Of a stretch of 64,000 nucleotides of DNA, positions 9,258-19,204 are shown piece after piece. The position numbers were made by a program, and so were the translations under genes. The stretch covers positions 1,024,001-1,088,000 of the forward strand of contig OZ244044.1 in NCBI GenBank assembly GCA_965215275.1, given 5' to 3'. Position 1 is the first letter of the stretch. Every line of letters starts with the position of its first letter. This stretch comes from Thermodesulfobacteriota bacterium. Its GTDB lineage: Bacteria; Desulfobacterota_D; UBA1144; Nemesobacterales; JAJCZQ01. Under the pieces are notes generated by a model. The model did not search any database. It was not told the DNA's origin and was given only the letters and a program-made list of their open reading frames with translations.

Positions 9258-12200
9258 TTGTCCATGCATATCAAATCATTGGAACTTACGGGTTTTAAAT
9301 CATTTCACGATAAAACCAAAGTAGGTTTTAACAAAGGCATCAACGCCATCGTTGGTCCCAACGGATGTGGCAAATCCAACATCATTGACGCAATAAGATG
9401 GGTGCTTGGGGAACAGAATCCCAGAACGCTCAGGGCAGACACTATGAAGGACCTGGTCTCTAATGGCTCGGACGTGTTAAAGCCCTACGGCATGGCAGAA
9501 GTCTCCATGGTGGTAAATGGCCTGCCGGGAATGAGTTTTGAAGATGTAAACATTAAAAGGAGACTTTACCGGTCAGGTGAGAGCGAATACTATATAAACG
9601 GAATAGAAAGCCGTCTGAAAGACGTTACGGAACTTTTTCTTGATACTGGCGCGGGTGCCGGGAGCTATTCAATAATCGGACAGGGTAAGGTCGAAGAGTT
9701 CATAACGGCAAAACCTGAAGAGAAAAGAAAGCTAATTGAAGAAGTGGCGGGAGTGGTAAAATACAAAACCCGCAGAAAGGAAACTCAAAGCCGCATTAAA
9801 ACCGCCCAGGAAAACCTGATCCGAGTATCCGATATAAAGTCGGAACTGCTCATACAGATGAAAAACCTGAGTAAGCAGGCAAAAGAAGCCGAGAAATACA
9901 AACGACTCAATAATGAACTCGCTATCTTGGAAATAAGCATTCTGGACCTGCAGTCCTCGGAAATGGAAGCAGAAAAAAATGCCCTTCTGCAGACAAGATC
10001 AGAACTTGAGAACAAAATAACCGGACTTCAGGAACAGAAGGTCAGCAAAACAAAAGTGCTGAGCGAAGAAGAACTGAAAAGCTCCAGTATAGATGAATCG
10101 GTGGACAGGCTTGAGGAAGAGGTACGCTCAATAGAATCACAGATCAATGAAAAGAAAGCGTTCCTTGAATATGCAGATAAACAGAGAGAGAGCATTGATG
10201 AGTTCACAGACAGACTGGAAAAAGATACAGGGTCCCTCGAAAATGAAAAATTACAGAACAACGAAGATACGGACAGAAAGAAAAAATACCTTGAGCAACA
10301 TGAAATAACCAAGCAGAAAATTCAGCAACAGCTGAAAGTAAAGACAGAAGAGCTTGAAAAGCTTAAAGTTGAATCAGAAAGCAATAAAACGGAACTTGAA
10401 CAGTCCAAACAGCTGTTCTTTGATATCCTGAACAGGCACAGTTCCATAAAGGGAACGGCAGAGGTGGTATCAAGGGAACTTGATGAGATCAAACTCAGGA
10501 AAGCAAAGATGGAGCAGGAAAAGGCAGACCTGAAGAAGCAAAGCGATCAGTTGTCCGCGGCCCTTGACGGTCTGAAAAACGAGCATAAAAGCTTAAAGCA
10601 TGAAAATACCGAACTGGAAAACGACCGGTCGCAGCAGAAAAACACGTGCGAGGTAAAAAGAAAAAGTTATAACGACCTGACCGGATCAATAAGCGATATC
10701 AAGGAGAAAATAAACGAAGCCTCATCCAGGGCGGACGTGCTGAAAAACATACAGGCTTCCTACGAATGGCTGCCCGAGGTTACCAGGGACTTTATTATCA
10801 ACAAGAGCTTTAACGGAGTTATTGGAATAATATCAGACTTTATTACGGTTCCAAAAAAGTACGAAAAGGCACTTGAAGCAGCTCTTGGAGAAAAGGCCAA
10901 CTGGGTTGCCGTAAAAAGCAGCAACGAGGCGGTGGAGGCGATCAGCAGGCTAAGGACCTCCAGCAAAGGAAGGAGCACGTTCATACCCGTGCAGAACATC
11001 GGTCACAGCGATACTTCAGAGATACCCGAAGGTAAGTATCAGAGGCTCACCGACCTTATAACGGTCAGGAACATCAACCCTGATATAATAGGTTCAGTAC
11101 TGAAAGACGTTTTTGTAGTTCCGACCATCAAGGACGCCATAGAGGCCAAGAACAGCTCAGACGCTCATGCTTTATACGCAACGCTGGAAGGTGACTTCAT
11201 AGATGATTCGGGATCCATTACCGGAGGATTTGCCTCAGGAGGCGTGTTTGAAAAAAGAAGAGAGGTCGAAGAACTGGACAGGGAACTGGCACGGCTCGGC
11301 AGTGAGCACAAGAACAAAAGCGATGAACAGGAAAGGGTCTTACGCGAAGTTAACGATATTGAAAGCAGAATTGATAACCTTGATTCCCTTCTGAAGGAAA
11401 AGGAAATAAAGATCGTCGAACTGGAAAAAGATATATCAAATACAGCTTCCACCGTTGCTGGTAACGAGAAAAACATCTCGAAGATAACGGGCGACATAGA
11501 GGAACTTGACGGATCAATAAAGGACAGGCAAAACAAAGTCCTGAAGTACAGCAGTGACCTGAAGGACCTTGAGAAAGACAGGGAAGAGGTCAACCTTCGT
11601 TTTAATAAGTTCGAAACGGTCGTTAAAAGCTACGAGAACAGGGAAAAGCTCATAGAGAAGGATATAACCGAACTGAAGGTCCATGCCGCCGCTTTGGATG
11701 AAACACAAAGGTCCACGCGTCGGGAAATAGATGACCTGACCGAAAGGACCAGCAGGATAGTGGATAAAATAAACGAGCAGAAAGACGAGATCATGTTAAA
11801 GGAAAGGGAAAAAACCGAACTGGCAGACAGGAAGGGATCAGCGGTAAAGGATATAGAGGAATTAGAGAATAGGTCAGGCGTTACCAGGCAGGAGCTGTCT
11901 GGCATAAAGGAGGAAAGACAAAGGGCAAAAGAAACCCTTAACACTGACAGGCAGAACATAGCCGATATCGATCAGGAACTGACGCAGATGAGAGAAGACA
12001 GGTCGTCCTGCGAGATCGAACTGCAGAGCGTGGTAAGTAAGCTTGATCACGTTCGTGAAAGGACCCAGAGGATCAGTGAAGAAAAAAACCTCGGGAAGGA
12101 CGTGGACGGTAAAAACGCCTATAAAGACGTCTCCCTTGATGAACTGAACGAAAAATATCAGAAGATGAAGCAGAAAGTGGACGGTTACGGACTGGTAAAT

Positions 12201-12785
12201 CTGCTGGCACCGGAAGAGTATCAGAAGCTTGAAGAAAGGCATGATCTTTTAAGTAAAAATACCGAAGATATAGAATCCTCTCTTGATGATCTAAAAAAAG
12301 CCATAAAAAAATTAGACAGGGAATCCATAACGAGATTTAAAAAAACGTTCGAAGAGGTAAACGATAAATTCGGAGAGATCGTAAGCAAACTGTTCCATGG
12401 TGGAGAAGGCAAACTGATCATAACGGACCCGGACGACCTTCTCGAGACGGGTATTGAGGTGATGGTAAAACCCAGAGGAAAAAGATTTCAGTCCATGAAC
12501 CTGCTTTCCGGCGGAGAGAAGGCGATCTCTGCAATTGCGCTCATAATGTCCGCCTGCCTGATCAAACCCGTGCCGTTCCTGCTTCTGGACGAAATAGACG
12601 CTCCACTGGACGAGGCAAACACCACAAGGTTTTCAAAACTCGTCCGGGAGATAGCAAAGAATTCCCAGGTCGTGCTGATTACTCACAATAAAATAACCAT
12701 GCTTGAAGTTGACACGTTAACCGGAATTACAGCAGACAGGTCGGCGGTCTCAAAAGTAGTAACGGCAGAACTGAACGTTGCCTGA
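9258..12785 (+). CDS. smc: Chromosome segregation protein SMC
   Basis: GFKSF, Walker A GPNGCGKSN, long coiled coils with hinge, LSGGE signature, LLDEIDAPLD. Confidence 0.97.
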   Translation: MSMHIKSLELTGFKSFHDKTKVGFNKGINAIVGPNGCGKSNIIDAIRWVLGEQNPRTLRADTMKDLVSNGSDVLKPYGMAEVSMVVNGLPGMSFEDVNIKRRLYRSGESEYYINGIESRLKDVTELFLDTGAGAGSYSIIGQGKVEEFITAKPEEKRKLIEEVAGVVKYKTRRKETQSRIKTAQENLIRVSDIKSELLIQMKNLSKQAKEAEKYKRLNNELAILEISILDLQSSEMEAEKNALLQTRSELENKITGLQEQKVSKTKVLSEEELKSSSIDESVDRLEEEVRSIESQINEKKAFLEYADKQRESIDEFTDRLEKDTGSLENEKLQNNEDTDRKKKYLEQHEITKQKIQQQLKVKTEELEKLKVESESNKTELEQSKQLFFDILNRHSSIKGTAEVVSRELDEIKLRKAKMEQEKADLKKQSDQLSAALDGLKNEHKSLKHENTELENDRSQQKNTCEVKRKSYNDLTGSISDIKEKINEASSRADVLKNIQASYEWLPEVTRDFIINKSFNGVIGIISDFITVPKKYEKALEAALGEKANWVAVKSSNEAVEAISRLRTSSKGRSTFIPVQNIGHSDTSEIPEGKYQRLTDLITVRNINPDIIGSVLKDVFVVPTIKDAIEAKNSSDAHALYATLEGDFIDDSGSITGGFASGGVFEKRREVEELDRELARLGSEHKNKSDEQERVLREVNDIESRIDNLDSLLKEKEIKIVELEKDISNTASTVAGNEKNISKITGDIEELDGSIKDRQNKVLKYSSDLKDLEKDREEVNLRFNKFETVVKSYENREKLIEKDITELKVHAAALDETQRSTRREIDDLTERTSRIVDKINEQKDEIMLKEREKTELADRKGSAVKDIEELENRSGVTRQELSGIKEERQRAKETLNTDRQNIADIDQELTQMREDRSSCEIELQSVVSKLDHVRERTQRISEEKNLGKDVDGKNAYKDVSLDELNEKYQKMKQKVDGYGLVNLLAPEEYQKLEERHDLLSKNTEDIESSLDDLKKAIKKLDRESITRFKKTFEEVNDKFGEIVSKLFHGGEGKLIITDPDDLLETGIEVMVKPRGKRFQSMNLLSGGEKAISAIALIMSACLIKPVPFLLLDEIDAPLDEANTTRFSKLVREIAKNSQVVLITHNKITMLEVDTLTGITADRSAVSKVVTAELNVA

Positions 12786-12897
12786 CCTTTTAAGTTTCCG
12801 TCAGCAGCCGGTTCTTCAACTACATTGCTTTAACAGCCGTTAGTTCTTATACTTTTCTTTGGTTTTTACTCATTCACGGTCACATTACTGCAACGTT

Positions 12898-15750
12898 ATG
12901 ATTTCTTATATACTGAAAAAGATCGTAGGTTCCAAGAACGAAAGAGAGATCAGGGGAATAGAGAAGACGGTAAACCATATAAACTCCCTTGAGCCCGAGT
13001 TCTCCAGGCTCACAAACGCCGAGATCAGATCAAAAGCCGCAAATTTTATCGATACGGTCCAGTCCGGCTCAGATAATGATAAGAACGTTGACGATGACCA
13101 TTTCAAAAAGCTTACCGAAGCACTGGACGAGATCATACCTCCTGCGTTCGCGCTGGTAAGAGAAGCCGGACGGCGAACGCTCGGAATGAGGCATTTTAAC
13201 GTGCAGCTTATAGGCGGAATAGTTCTGCATAAAGGCAGAATAGCGGAGATGAAAACCGGTGAAGGTAAAACGCTCGTTGCGGTCCTTCCTCTGTTCCTGA
13301 ACGGAATAAGCGGTCAGGGAGCCCACCTTGTTACGGTAAACGACTACCTGGCAGCAAGGGACGCCACCTGGATGGGACCCGTTTATAAACTGCTGAACGC
13401 GACCGTGGGGGTAATAAATCACGACAGGTCCTATCTCGTTGACTGGGAAGATCCGGAAAGGGCAGAAAAGGCAATAGAGCAGAATCTATCCGTATGGCCA
13501 AATGGAAAGTCAGACGAAGAAATACCTCCTGAAAAAAACCTTGAAGTCCTGTCCGCATTTAAAACAAAGCTCGTTCCCTGTACCCGGCAGGAAGCCTACT
13601 CTGCACATGTGACCTACGGAACCAATAATGAATTCGGTTTTGATTATTTAAGGGACAATATGAAATTCTCTCTTGATGATTACGTGCAGAGGGGACATTT
13701 TTACTCAATCGTGGACGAAGTCGACAGTATACTGATAGATGAAGCAAGAACCCCTCTCATAATATCAGGACCTTCGGAAGACCGTACGGACCTTTACTAT
13801 AAAGTCGATAAGATCGTCAAAACGCTCAGACCGGAGAAAGATTTCACTCTGGATGAAAAAGCAAAGCAGGCAAATCTGACCGAAGTCGGAATATCAAAAG
13901 TGGAAAACCTGCTGAACTTAAACAACATTTACGACCCGTCAAACCTGGACCACCTTCATCACGTTAATCAATCATTAAAGGCTAACAGCCTGTTTAAAAA
14001 AGACGTTGATTACATGATCCAGGACAATAAGGTGGTAATAGTGGATGAATTCACGGGAAGACTGATGCCGGGAAGAAGATGGAGCGATGGGCTCCATCAG
14101 GCCGTCGAAGCCAAGGAAAACGTCCAGATCGAAAATGAAAATCAGACCCTGGCGACTATCACCATTCAGAACTACTTCAGAATGTACAGTAAGCTTGCCG
14201 GTATGACCGGTACCGCGGACACGGAGGCAACGGAGTTTAAGAACATTTACCATCTGGACGTAAACGTCGTACCGACCCATAAACCCATTGCAAGAACGGA
14301 CTATAATGATTCCATCTATAAAACGGAAGAGGAGAAATATGACGCGGTCTGTCAGCAGATCGGTGAATTAAATAAAAAGGGGACCCCTATCCTCGTCGGT
14401 ACCATCTCGATCGAGCAATCGGAAAAACTGAGCAGGAGGCTGAACGCTCAGAATCTGAAACACAGCGTTCTCAATGCAAAGCATCACTCAAAAGAAGCAG
14501 AAATAATCGCTCAGGCAGGAAGGATAAGTTCCATAACGATCGCAACGAACATGGCTGGCAGGGGCACGGACATCCTTCTCGGGGGCAACCCTGAGTTCCT
14601 GGCCAGGGACCTGATGAAGAAAGAGCATGGAGCAGACGAGAACAACTTCAGCACTGAGCAGTACGAAGAAGCTATGATAAACGCAAGGAACATCTGCGAG
14701 AAGGAAAAGCAGAAAGTGATAGACCTTGGAGGAGTGCATATCATAGGGACCTGCAGGCATGAATCGAGAAGGATCGATAATCAGCTCAGGGGCAGGTCCG
14801 GCAGGCAGGGAGACCCGGGTTCCTCAAAGTTCTATATATCCCTGGAAGATGACCTGATGCGGATCTTCGCGTCTGAAAGGGTTACGGGAATTATGGATAA
14901 GTTAGGATGGGAAAAAGGAGAACCCATTGAGCACAAGATGATCACAAGGTCGATCGAAAACGCACAGAAAAAGGTCGAGGGTCGCAACTTCGACATAAGA
15001 AAACATCTTCTGGAATATGATGACGTGCTCAATACCCAGCGAGAGGTGGTTTACTCGCTGAGAAGAGAAATACTTACGGGTGGTGATGAACTGAAGGAAC
15101 ATTTTTACCAGGTAATTGACGTTCTGGTCGATGAACTGTCCCTTTATCACCTTCCTGATAAACCAGACGGTGATACTGACCTTACGGACATTCAGGACGC
15201 CGTACAGAGAATATTCGCTCTGAGCCTTAACCTCAACGACAGGACCTCCGACGGTGCAACGCAGGGGTCCGCAGCGGAGTACTTAAAGTCCGAGATAAAA
15301 AGATGCTACGAGGAAAAAGAAAGCAGTATAGGTCCTGATGTACTGAGGCAGGTTGAAAGGTACATAATGCTTCAGACGCTGGACTATCTGTGGAAGGACC
15401 ACCTTCTGGGCATGGACCACCTAAGAGAAGGGATAAATCTTCGTGGATACGCACAAAAGGACCCGCTTCTGGAATATAAGAAGGAAGGATTTGACAGGTT
15501 TACCTCCACTATGAAGCTGTACAACGAGGAGATATGCGAAAAGCTGTTTAAAGTACAGCCGGTCTCCGAGGTTGATATGAAAGAAATGGAAGAAAGAAGA
15601 AAGCAGGAAGAGCAGAACCTGATATTCGGCAGAGGGGACGAGCAGGAAGAAAAAGTTCAGAAGCCCATAAGACGTGAGAAAAAGATCGGAAGGAACGCTC
15701 CCTGCCCCTGTGGGAGCGGACTGAAGTATAAAAAATGCTGTGGAAGGTAA
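12898..15750 (+). CDS. secA: Preprotein translocase ATPase SecA
   Basis: MKTGEGKT, DEVDSILIDEARTPLIISG, C-terminal SEC-C GRNAPCPCGSGLKYKKCCG. ATG 12898 is preferred over TTG 12859. Confidence 0.97.
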   Translation: MISYILKKIVGSKNEREIRGIEKTVNHINSLEPEFSRLTNAEIRSKAANFIDTVQSGSDNDKNVDDDHFKKLTEALDEIIPPAFALVREAGRRTLGMRHFNVQLIGGIVLHKGRIAEMKTGEGKTLVAVLPLFLNGISGQGAHLVTVNDYLAARDATWMGPVYKLLNATVGVINHDRSYLVDWEDPERAEKAIEQNLSVWPNGKSDEEIPPEKNLEVLSAFKTKLVPCTRQEAYSAHVTYGTNNEFGFDYLRDNMKFSLDDYVQRGHFYSIVDEVDSILIDEARTPLIISGPSEDRTDLYYKVDKIVKTLRPEKDFTLDEKAKQANLTEVGISKVENLLNLNNIYDPSNLDHLHHVNQSLKANSLFKKDVDYMIQDNKVVIVDEFTGRLMPGRRWSDGLHQAVEAKENVQIENENQTLATITIQNYFRMYSKLAGMTGTADTEATEFKNIYHLDVNVVPTHKPIARTDYNDSIYKTEEEKYDAVCQQIGELNKKGTPILVGTISIEQSEKLSRRLNAQNLKHSVLNAKHHSKEAEIIAQAGRISSITIATNMAGRGTDILLGGNPEFLARDLMKKEHGADENNFSTEQYEEAMINARNICEKEKQKVIDLGGVHIIGTCRHESRRIDNQLRGRSGRQGDPGSSKFYISLEDDLMRIFASERVTGIMDKLGWEKGEPIEHKMITRSIENAQKKVEGRNFDIRKHLLEYDDVLNTQREVVYSLRREILTGGDELKEHFYQVIDVLVDELSLYHLPDKPDGDTDLTDIQDAVQRIFALSLNLNDRTSDGATQGSAAEYLKSEIKRCYEEKESSIGPDVLRQVERYIMLQTLDYLWKDHLLGMDHLREGINLRGYAQKDPLLEYKKEGFDRFTSTMKLYNEEICEKLFKVQPVSEVDMKEMEERRKQEEQNLIFGRGDEQEEKVQKPIRREKKIGRNAPCPCGSGLKYKKCCGR

Positions 15751-15907
15751 ACTACAGACCGGACCTGCCGCTGGTCCCGCTGGAACCGGGCCAGGGAAAA
15801 ACAAAACGCTTCCAGCACGATCAACGGTATAATACTACAGACGAAGATAGCACCAGCAGCGTATTATATGGTATACTAAACAAGACGAAGGTGCCGTAAC
15901 CGACATT

Positions 15908-16180
15908 ATGAAAAACAGATTTAAATTACATTCCTATATATCACCATCTTCATCCTTTCTGGGGCTTGTGATCTTTGTATTCATCATACTGTCCCTGATA
16001 CTGTTCTCGTTCTTTGGAATTATTGCCTTTATCATAGCTTCCGTAATTGCACTTGTAGCTTCAGTTATAAGACTTTTAAGGCCCTCACGGAAAAAATTCA
16101 AGGACTACAATCCAGCGACAAAGACCCTGACCCTGGAAGAAAATGATTACGAGATCATAGAGGACGACCCGCAGAAATAA
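15908..16180 (+). CDS. Small hypothetical membrane protein
   Basis: 90-aa ORF with a long hydrophobic stretch; TATACT-like -10 upstream. Confidence 0.6.
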   Translation: MKNRFKLHSYISPSSSFLGLVIFVFIILSLILFSFFGIIAFIIASVIALVASVIRLLRPSRKKFKDYNPATKTLTLEENDYEIIEDDPQK

Positions 16181-16193
16181 CGTCTGAAGATCT

Positions 16194-17555
16194 TCAGATC
16201 CTGTCCCTGCACTCCTGCAGTTCTGATTCGATCATATGCCTGATCTCGTTCAATCTCTCTTTCGACCGGGCTTCAAATCTCATCACCAGGGCAGGCTGCG
16301 TGTTGGAAGCCCGTATAAGTCCCCATCCATCAGGAAAGTTGACCCTTACCCCATCTATATCCACGACTTCGTGATCGGACCTGAGCTTTTCCGTAACGCT
16401 CTCGACCAGTTTAAATTTTATGTCCTCTTCACAGTCCACTCTTATCTCCGGAGTGGAGCAGGTTTCAGGTACGTGAGATAGGAGTTCAGACAGCTTTCTT
16501 TCCGTGCCTGAAATTATTTCCAGTAACCTGAGTGCGGCATACAGAGCATCATCGTAGCCGTAGAACCTGTCGTTGAAGAAAACGTGTCCGCTCATCTCAC
16601 CGGCAAGTACTGCACCGGTTTCCCCTATTTTGTTCTTAATAAGAGAATGTCCCGTTTTCCACATGACGGGGTTTCCGCCTGCCCTTCTGATCTCACCGAA
16701 CAGCTCAGAGGAACATTTAACGTCCCCTATTACCGTTGCACCTTTGATCTTTTCCAGAATGCTCAGGGCATAGATAAGTACGAGCATATCTCCCCAGATG
16801 ATACTTCCGTTCTCATCCAGCACCCCGATACGGTCGCCGTCCCCGTCGAACGCTATTCCGACCTCACATCCGTTATCAACAACGGCTCTGCGCAGGTCCT
16901 TTAAGTTCTCCTCCACTGTGGGATCAGGATGATGATTTGGAAAACTGCCGTCCGGATCTGAATAAAGCTCTACAAGGTCACATCCCAGCTCTCTAAGGAC
17001 CGCGGGTCCTGCCAGTCCGACCATACCGTTACCACAGTCAACTGCCACCTTCAGACCTCGTCTGATATTGATGTCCTTTCTTATATCCTTTGAGTAGGCA
17101 TCCGTAACTGACCGCTCCTGCACCAGGCCGCTTCCTTTTTCAAAGTCGTCTTTTTCAATAAGTTCCTTCAGTCCTTTTATCCCGGCACCAAATAACGAAC
17201 TCTTCCCGACGTTCAGCTTCATACCGTTGTAATCCTTAGGATTATGACTTGCCGTCACCATAACCCCTCCATCGACCTTCAGGTTGAATAAGGAAAAGTA
17301 AAGGATCGGAGTGGAGACGAGACCGATGTCCACAACGCTTACCCCCGTGTCAACGATACCCTGAATTAACGACCCTGAGAGGCTCGGGGAACTCGACCTG
17401 CAGTCTCTGCCCACTGAGACCACCCTGCCCCCGTTTCTTCTGATCAAAGTACCGTAAGCCCTTCCGATCAGCACGGCGTCACGTTCCCGTATATCCAGAC
17501 CGTATACGCCCCTTATATCGTACTCTCTGAAAATATCCTGTCTTATACTCGCCAT
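16194..17555 (-). CDS. Phosphomannomutase/phosphoglucomutase (AlgC-like)
   Basis: FREYDIRG, TASHNP phosphoserine motif, DGDGDR, GEMSGH. Confidence 0.95.
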   Translation of the reverse strand: MASIRQDIFREYDIRGVYGLDIRERDAVLIGRAYGTLIRRNGGRVVSVGRDCRSSSPSLSGSLIQGIVDTGVSVVDIGLVSTPILYFSLFNLKVDGGVMVTASHNPKDYNGMKLNVGKSSLFGAGIKGLKELIEKDDFEKGSGLVQERSVTDAYSKDIRKDINIRRGLKVAVDCGNGMVGLAGPAVLRELGCDLVELYSDPDGSFPNHHPDPTVEENLKDLRRAVVDNGCEVGIAFDGDGDRIGVLDENGSIIWGDMLVLIYALSILEKIKGATVIGDVKCSSELFGEIRRAGGNPVMWKTGHSLIKNKIGETGAVLAGEMSGHVFFNDRFYGYDDALYAALRLLEIISGTERKLSELLSHVPETCSTPEIRVDCEEDIKFKLVESVTEKLRSDHEVVDIDGVRVNFPDGWGLIRASNTQPALVMRFEARSKERLNEIRHMIESELQECRDRI

Positions 17556-17672
17556 CGTCCTTATCTGATCATGTATTTAAGATCTGCCGGTAATTATAAT
17601 TGGGACTTATATACTTTAGTACCCAACAAAAGATTTAACAGATAAATAGTATTGTAATATAATTACAGAGGA

Positions 17673-19064
17673 ATGGATAGTGAAAAGAGGATAATTAAGC
17701 AGACGAGGACGGAACGCAGAGTGGCTGGATTGAATCACCCTTCAACTCATAAGGGTTTGGAAAGGACTTTGGACCAGCTTACCTATCTGTATAACAGCGC
17801 TCTGGAAGAAAGGAAAGAAGCGTACAAAAAATACAAGAAGCTGAAGAAGTGGGGTTTGTCAGAAGAAAGATTACAGATGTATTTCTACCCACAATGGGAG
17901 TTTGGTACTTCTTACAACAAGAAGAACAGAGTTAAATATCTGGATACAGTTTATGAAGCAGTTAACAGGTTAGTAAGTAATATCAGACCTTGCGATGATC
18001 CTGTTAACTGGAGAGAGTTAACAAAACAGGAGCTAAAGAAGAAGTCAGTCAGTTACGAAGATCAGGCGAAGTCACTGACTGAGATAAGGAATGATGTTTT
18101 ATTGAAAGGATTCAACAAGGCAGGCGTTCAGGGACAGCAAAGGACGTTAAAGAGAGTGGATAAGGCTTACAGTGATTATATTAAAGGATTGAGAGGCAGT
18201 CCGAGATATAAGAACAGCAGCAGGAAGGTAAGAAGTTTTGAAACATATACATGGGGAAATGTAAAGAAAGGTGAGAGAAGGACATATTTAACGGTAAAGG
18301 GAGTTGGGAGGATCTCATTCAGAGGAAGCATACCGGAAGGAACAAAATACATAAGGATATTAAGAACAGCTTTAAGAGTAGAGATCCAGTTTATTTACGA
18401 AACAATAGCTGGAGAGGACAGAGGACTGGACAGACCTGTAGGAATGGACCTTGGAGTAAGGAACAGGATTGCTTTATCAGATGGGTCGTTTTACAAGGGA
18501 ACTGAAGTAAGCAGAAAGAAAGACAAAAGAAAGCAAAGAGCAGTTTCAAGAGCTGAGAAAAGTTCGAACGGCAGAAAGAAGAAGATAAAGCTGCTTGGGA
18601 AGGAACATGCAAGAACAGCAATGAAGGAACATAACAAAGTTCACAGGTTAACTACAGAACTGTCAAGAGCGTATAATTTTGTTATATCAGAAGATCTGAG
18701 ATTAAGGGATATGAGCAGATCGGCAAAGGGGAACGTGGGAGATCCGGGTAAGAAAGTAAAGCAGAAATCTGGATTAAACAGGTCCTTACGGGAACAGCAA
18801 TTGGGCAAGGTATTAAATCAGCTTGAATACAAGGTTAAAAGCACTGGTGGCAAGCTGATCAGGAACCCGGCTCAATATACGTCACAGACCTGTTCTGAGT
18901 GCGGATACAGAGATAAAAGGAACAGAAAAGGAGAAGTATTTAAGTGTGTGTATTGCGGTCATAAAGACCATGCAGACACGAATGCAGCTATAAACATTTG
19001 CAATAGTGAAAAGACACTATGTCGGGTGGGACAGCCAGACTTGAGTTCCCGATGCAAGCTGTAA
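17673..19064 (+). CDS. tnpB: RNA-guided endonuclease TnpB family protein
   Basis: N-terminal YLYNSALEER helix, GSPRYK, RuvC-I GMDLG, RuvC-II ISEDL, KSGLNRS, YTSQTCSECG/CVYCG zinc finger, RuvC-III HADTNAAINI. Confidence 0.93.
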   Translation: MDSEKRIIKQTRTERRVAGLNHPSTHKGLERTLDQLTYLYNSALEERKEAYKKYKKLKKWGLSEERLQMYFYPQWEFGTSYNKKNRVKYLDTVYEAVNRLVSNIRPCDDPVNWRELTKQELKKKSVSYEDQAKSLTEIRNDVLLKGFNKAGVQGQQRTLKRVDKAYSDYIKGLRGSPRYKNSSRKVRSFETYTWGNVKKGERRTYLTVKGVGRISFRGSIPEGTKYIRILRTALRVEIQFIYETIAGEDRGLDRPVGMDLGVRNRIALSDGSFYKGTEVSRKKDKRKQRAVSRAEKSSNGRKKKIKLLGKEHARTAMKEHNKVHRLTTELSRAYNFVISEDLRLRDMSRSAKGNVGDPGKKVKQKSGLNRSLREQQLGKVLNQLEYKVKSTGGKLIRNPAQYTSQTCSECGYRDKRNRKGEVFKCVYCGHKDHADTNAAINICNSEKTLCRVGQPDLSSRCKL

Positions 19065-19154
19065 ATGTTTTATCAAAAGAGAACGGGGAATTAAGAGGGA
19101 CTCTGCTTGCAGAACAGTATGTTTAGTACTTGTGTACTAAAGTATATAAGTCCC
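19020..19154 (+). ncRNA. Putative omega-RNA scaffold overlapping the tnpB 3' end
   Basis: Position typical of TnpB omega-RNAs. Stems: GTCGGG/CCCGAT (19021-19053), TGCAAGC/GCTTGCA (19053-19059 with 19105-19111), TTTAGTAC/GTACTAAA (19122-19141). Boundaries are inferred. Confidence 0.5.
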
Positions 19155-19204
19155 TTATAAAGCCGTTATTGACTTTGATAAGTTACTTCTTATTATTCCT
19201 GACT

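Larger units (their letters stand above)
17602..19154 (+). mobile_element. Non-autonomous TIR-bounded element carrying only tnpB
   Basis: Left end GGGACTTATATACTTTAGTACCCAA (17602-17626); reverse complement of 19130-19154 is GGGACTTATATACTTTAGTACACAA (24/25). Flanks TTATAATT and TTATAAAG (6/8). Inserted between divergent pgm and trpE. Confidence 0.85.

Noticed and set aside
17602..19200. CRISPR array associated with TnpB (Cas12-like)
   Set aside because: No repeat-spacer array is seen here or anywhere in the window.
19130..19204. N-terminal extension of trpE in the ORF track
   Set aside because: It starts inside the right TIR and overlaps a likely promoter. GTG 19205 gives a typical TrpE N-terminus.
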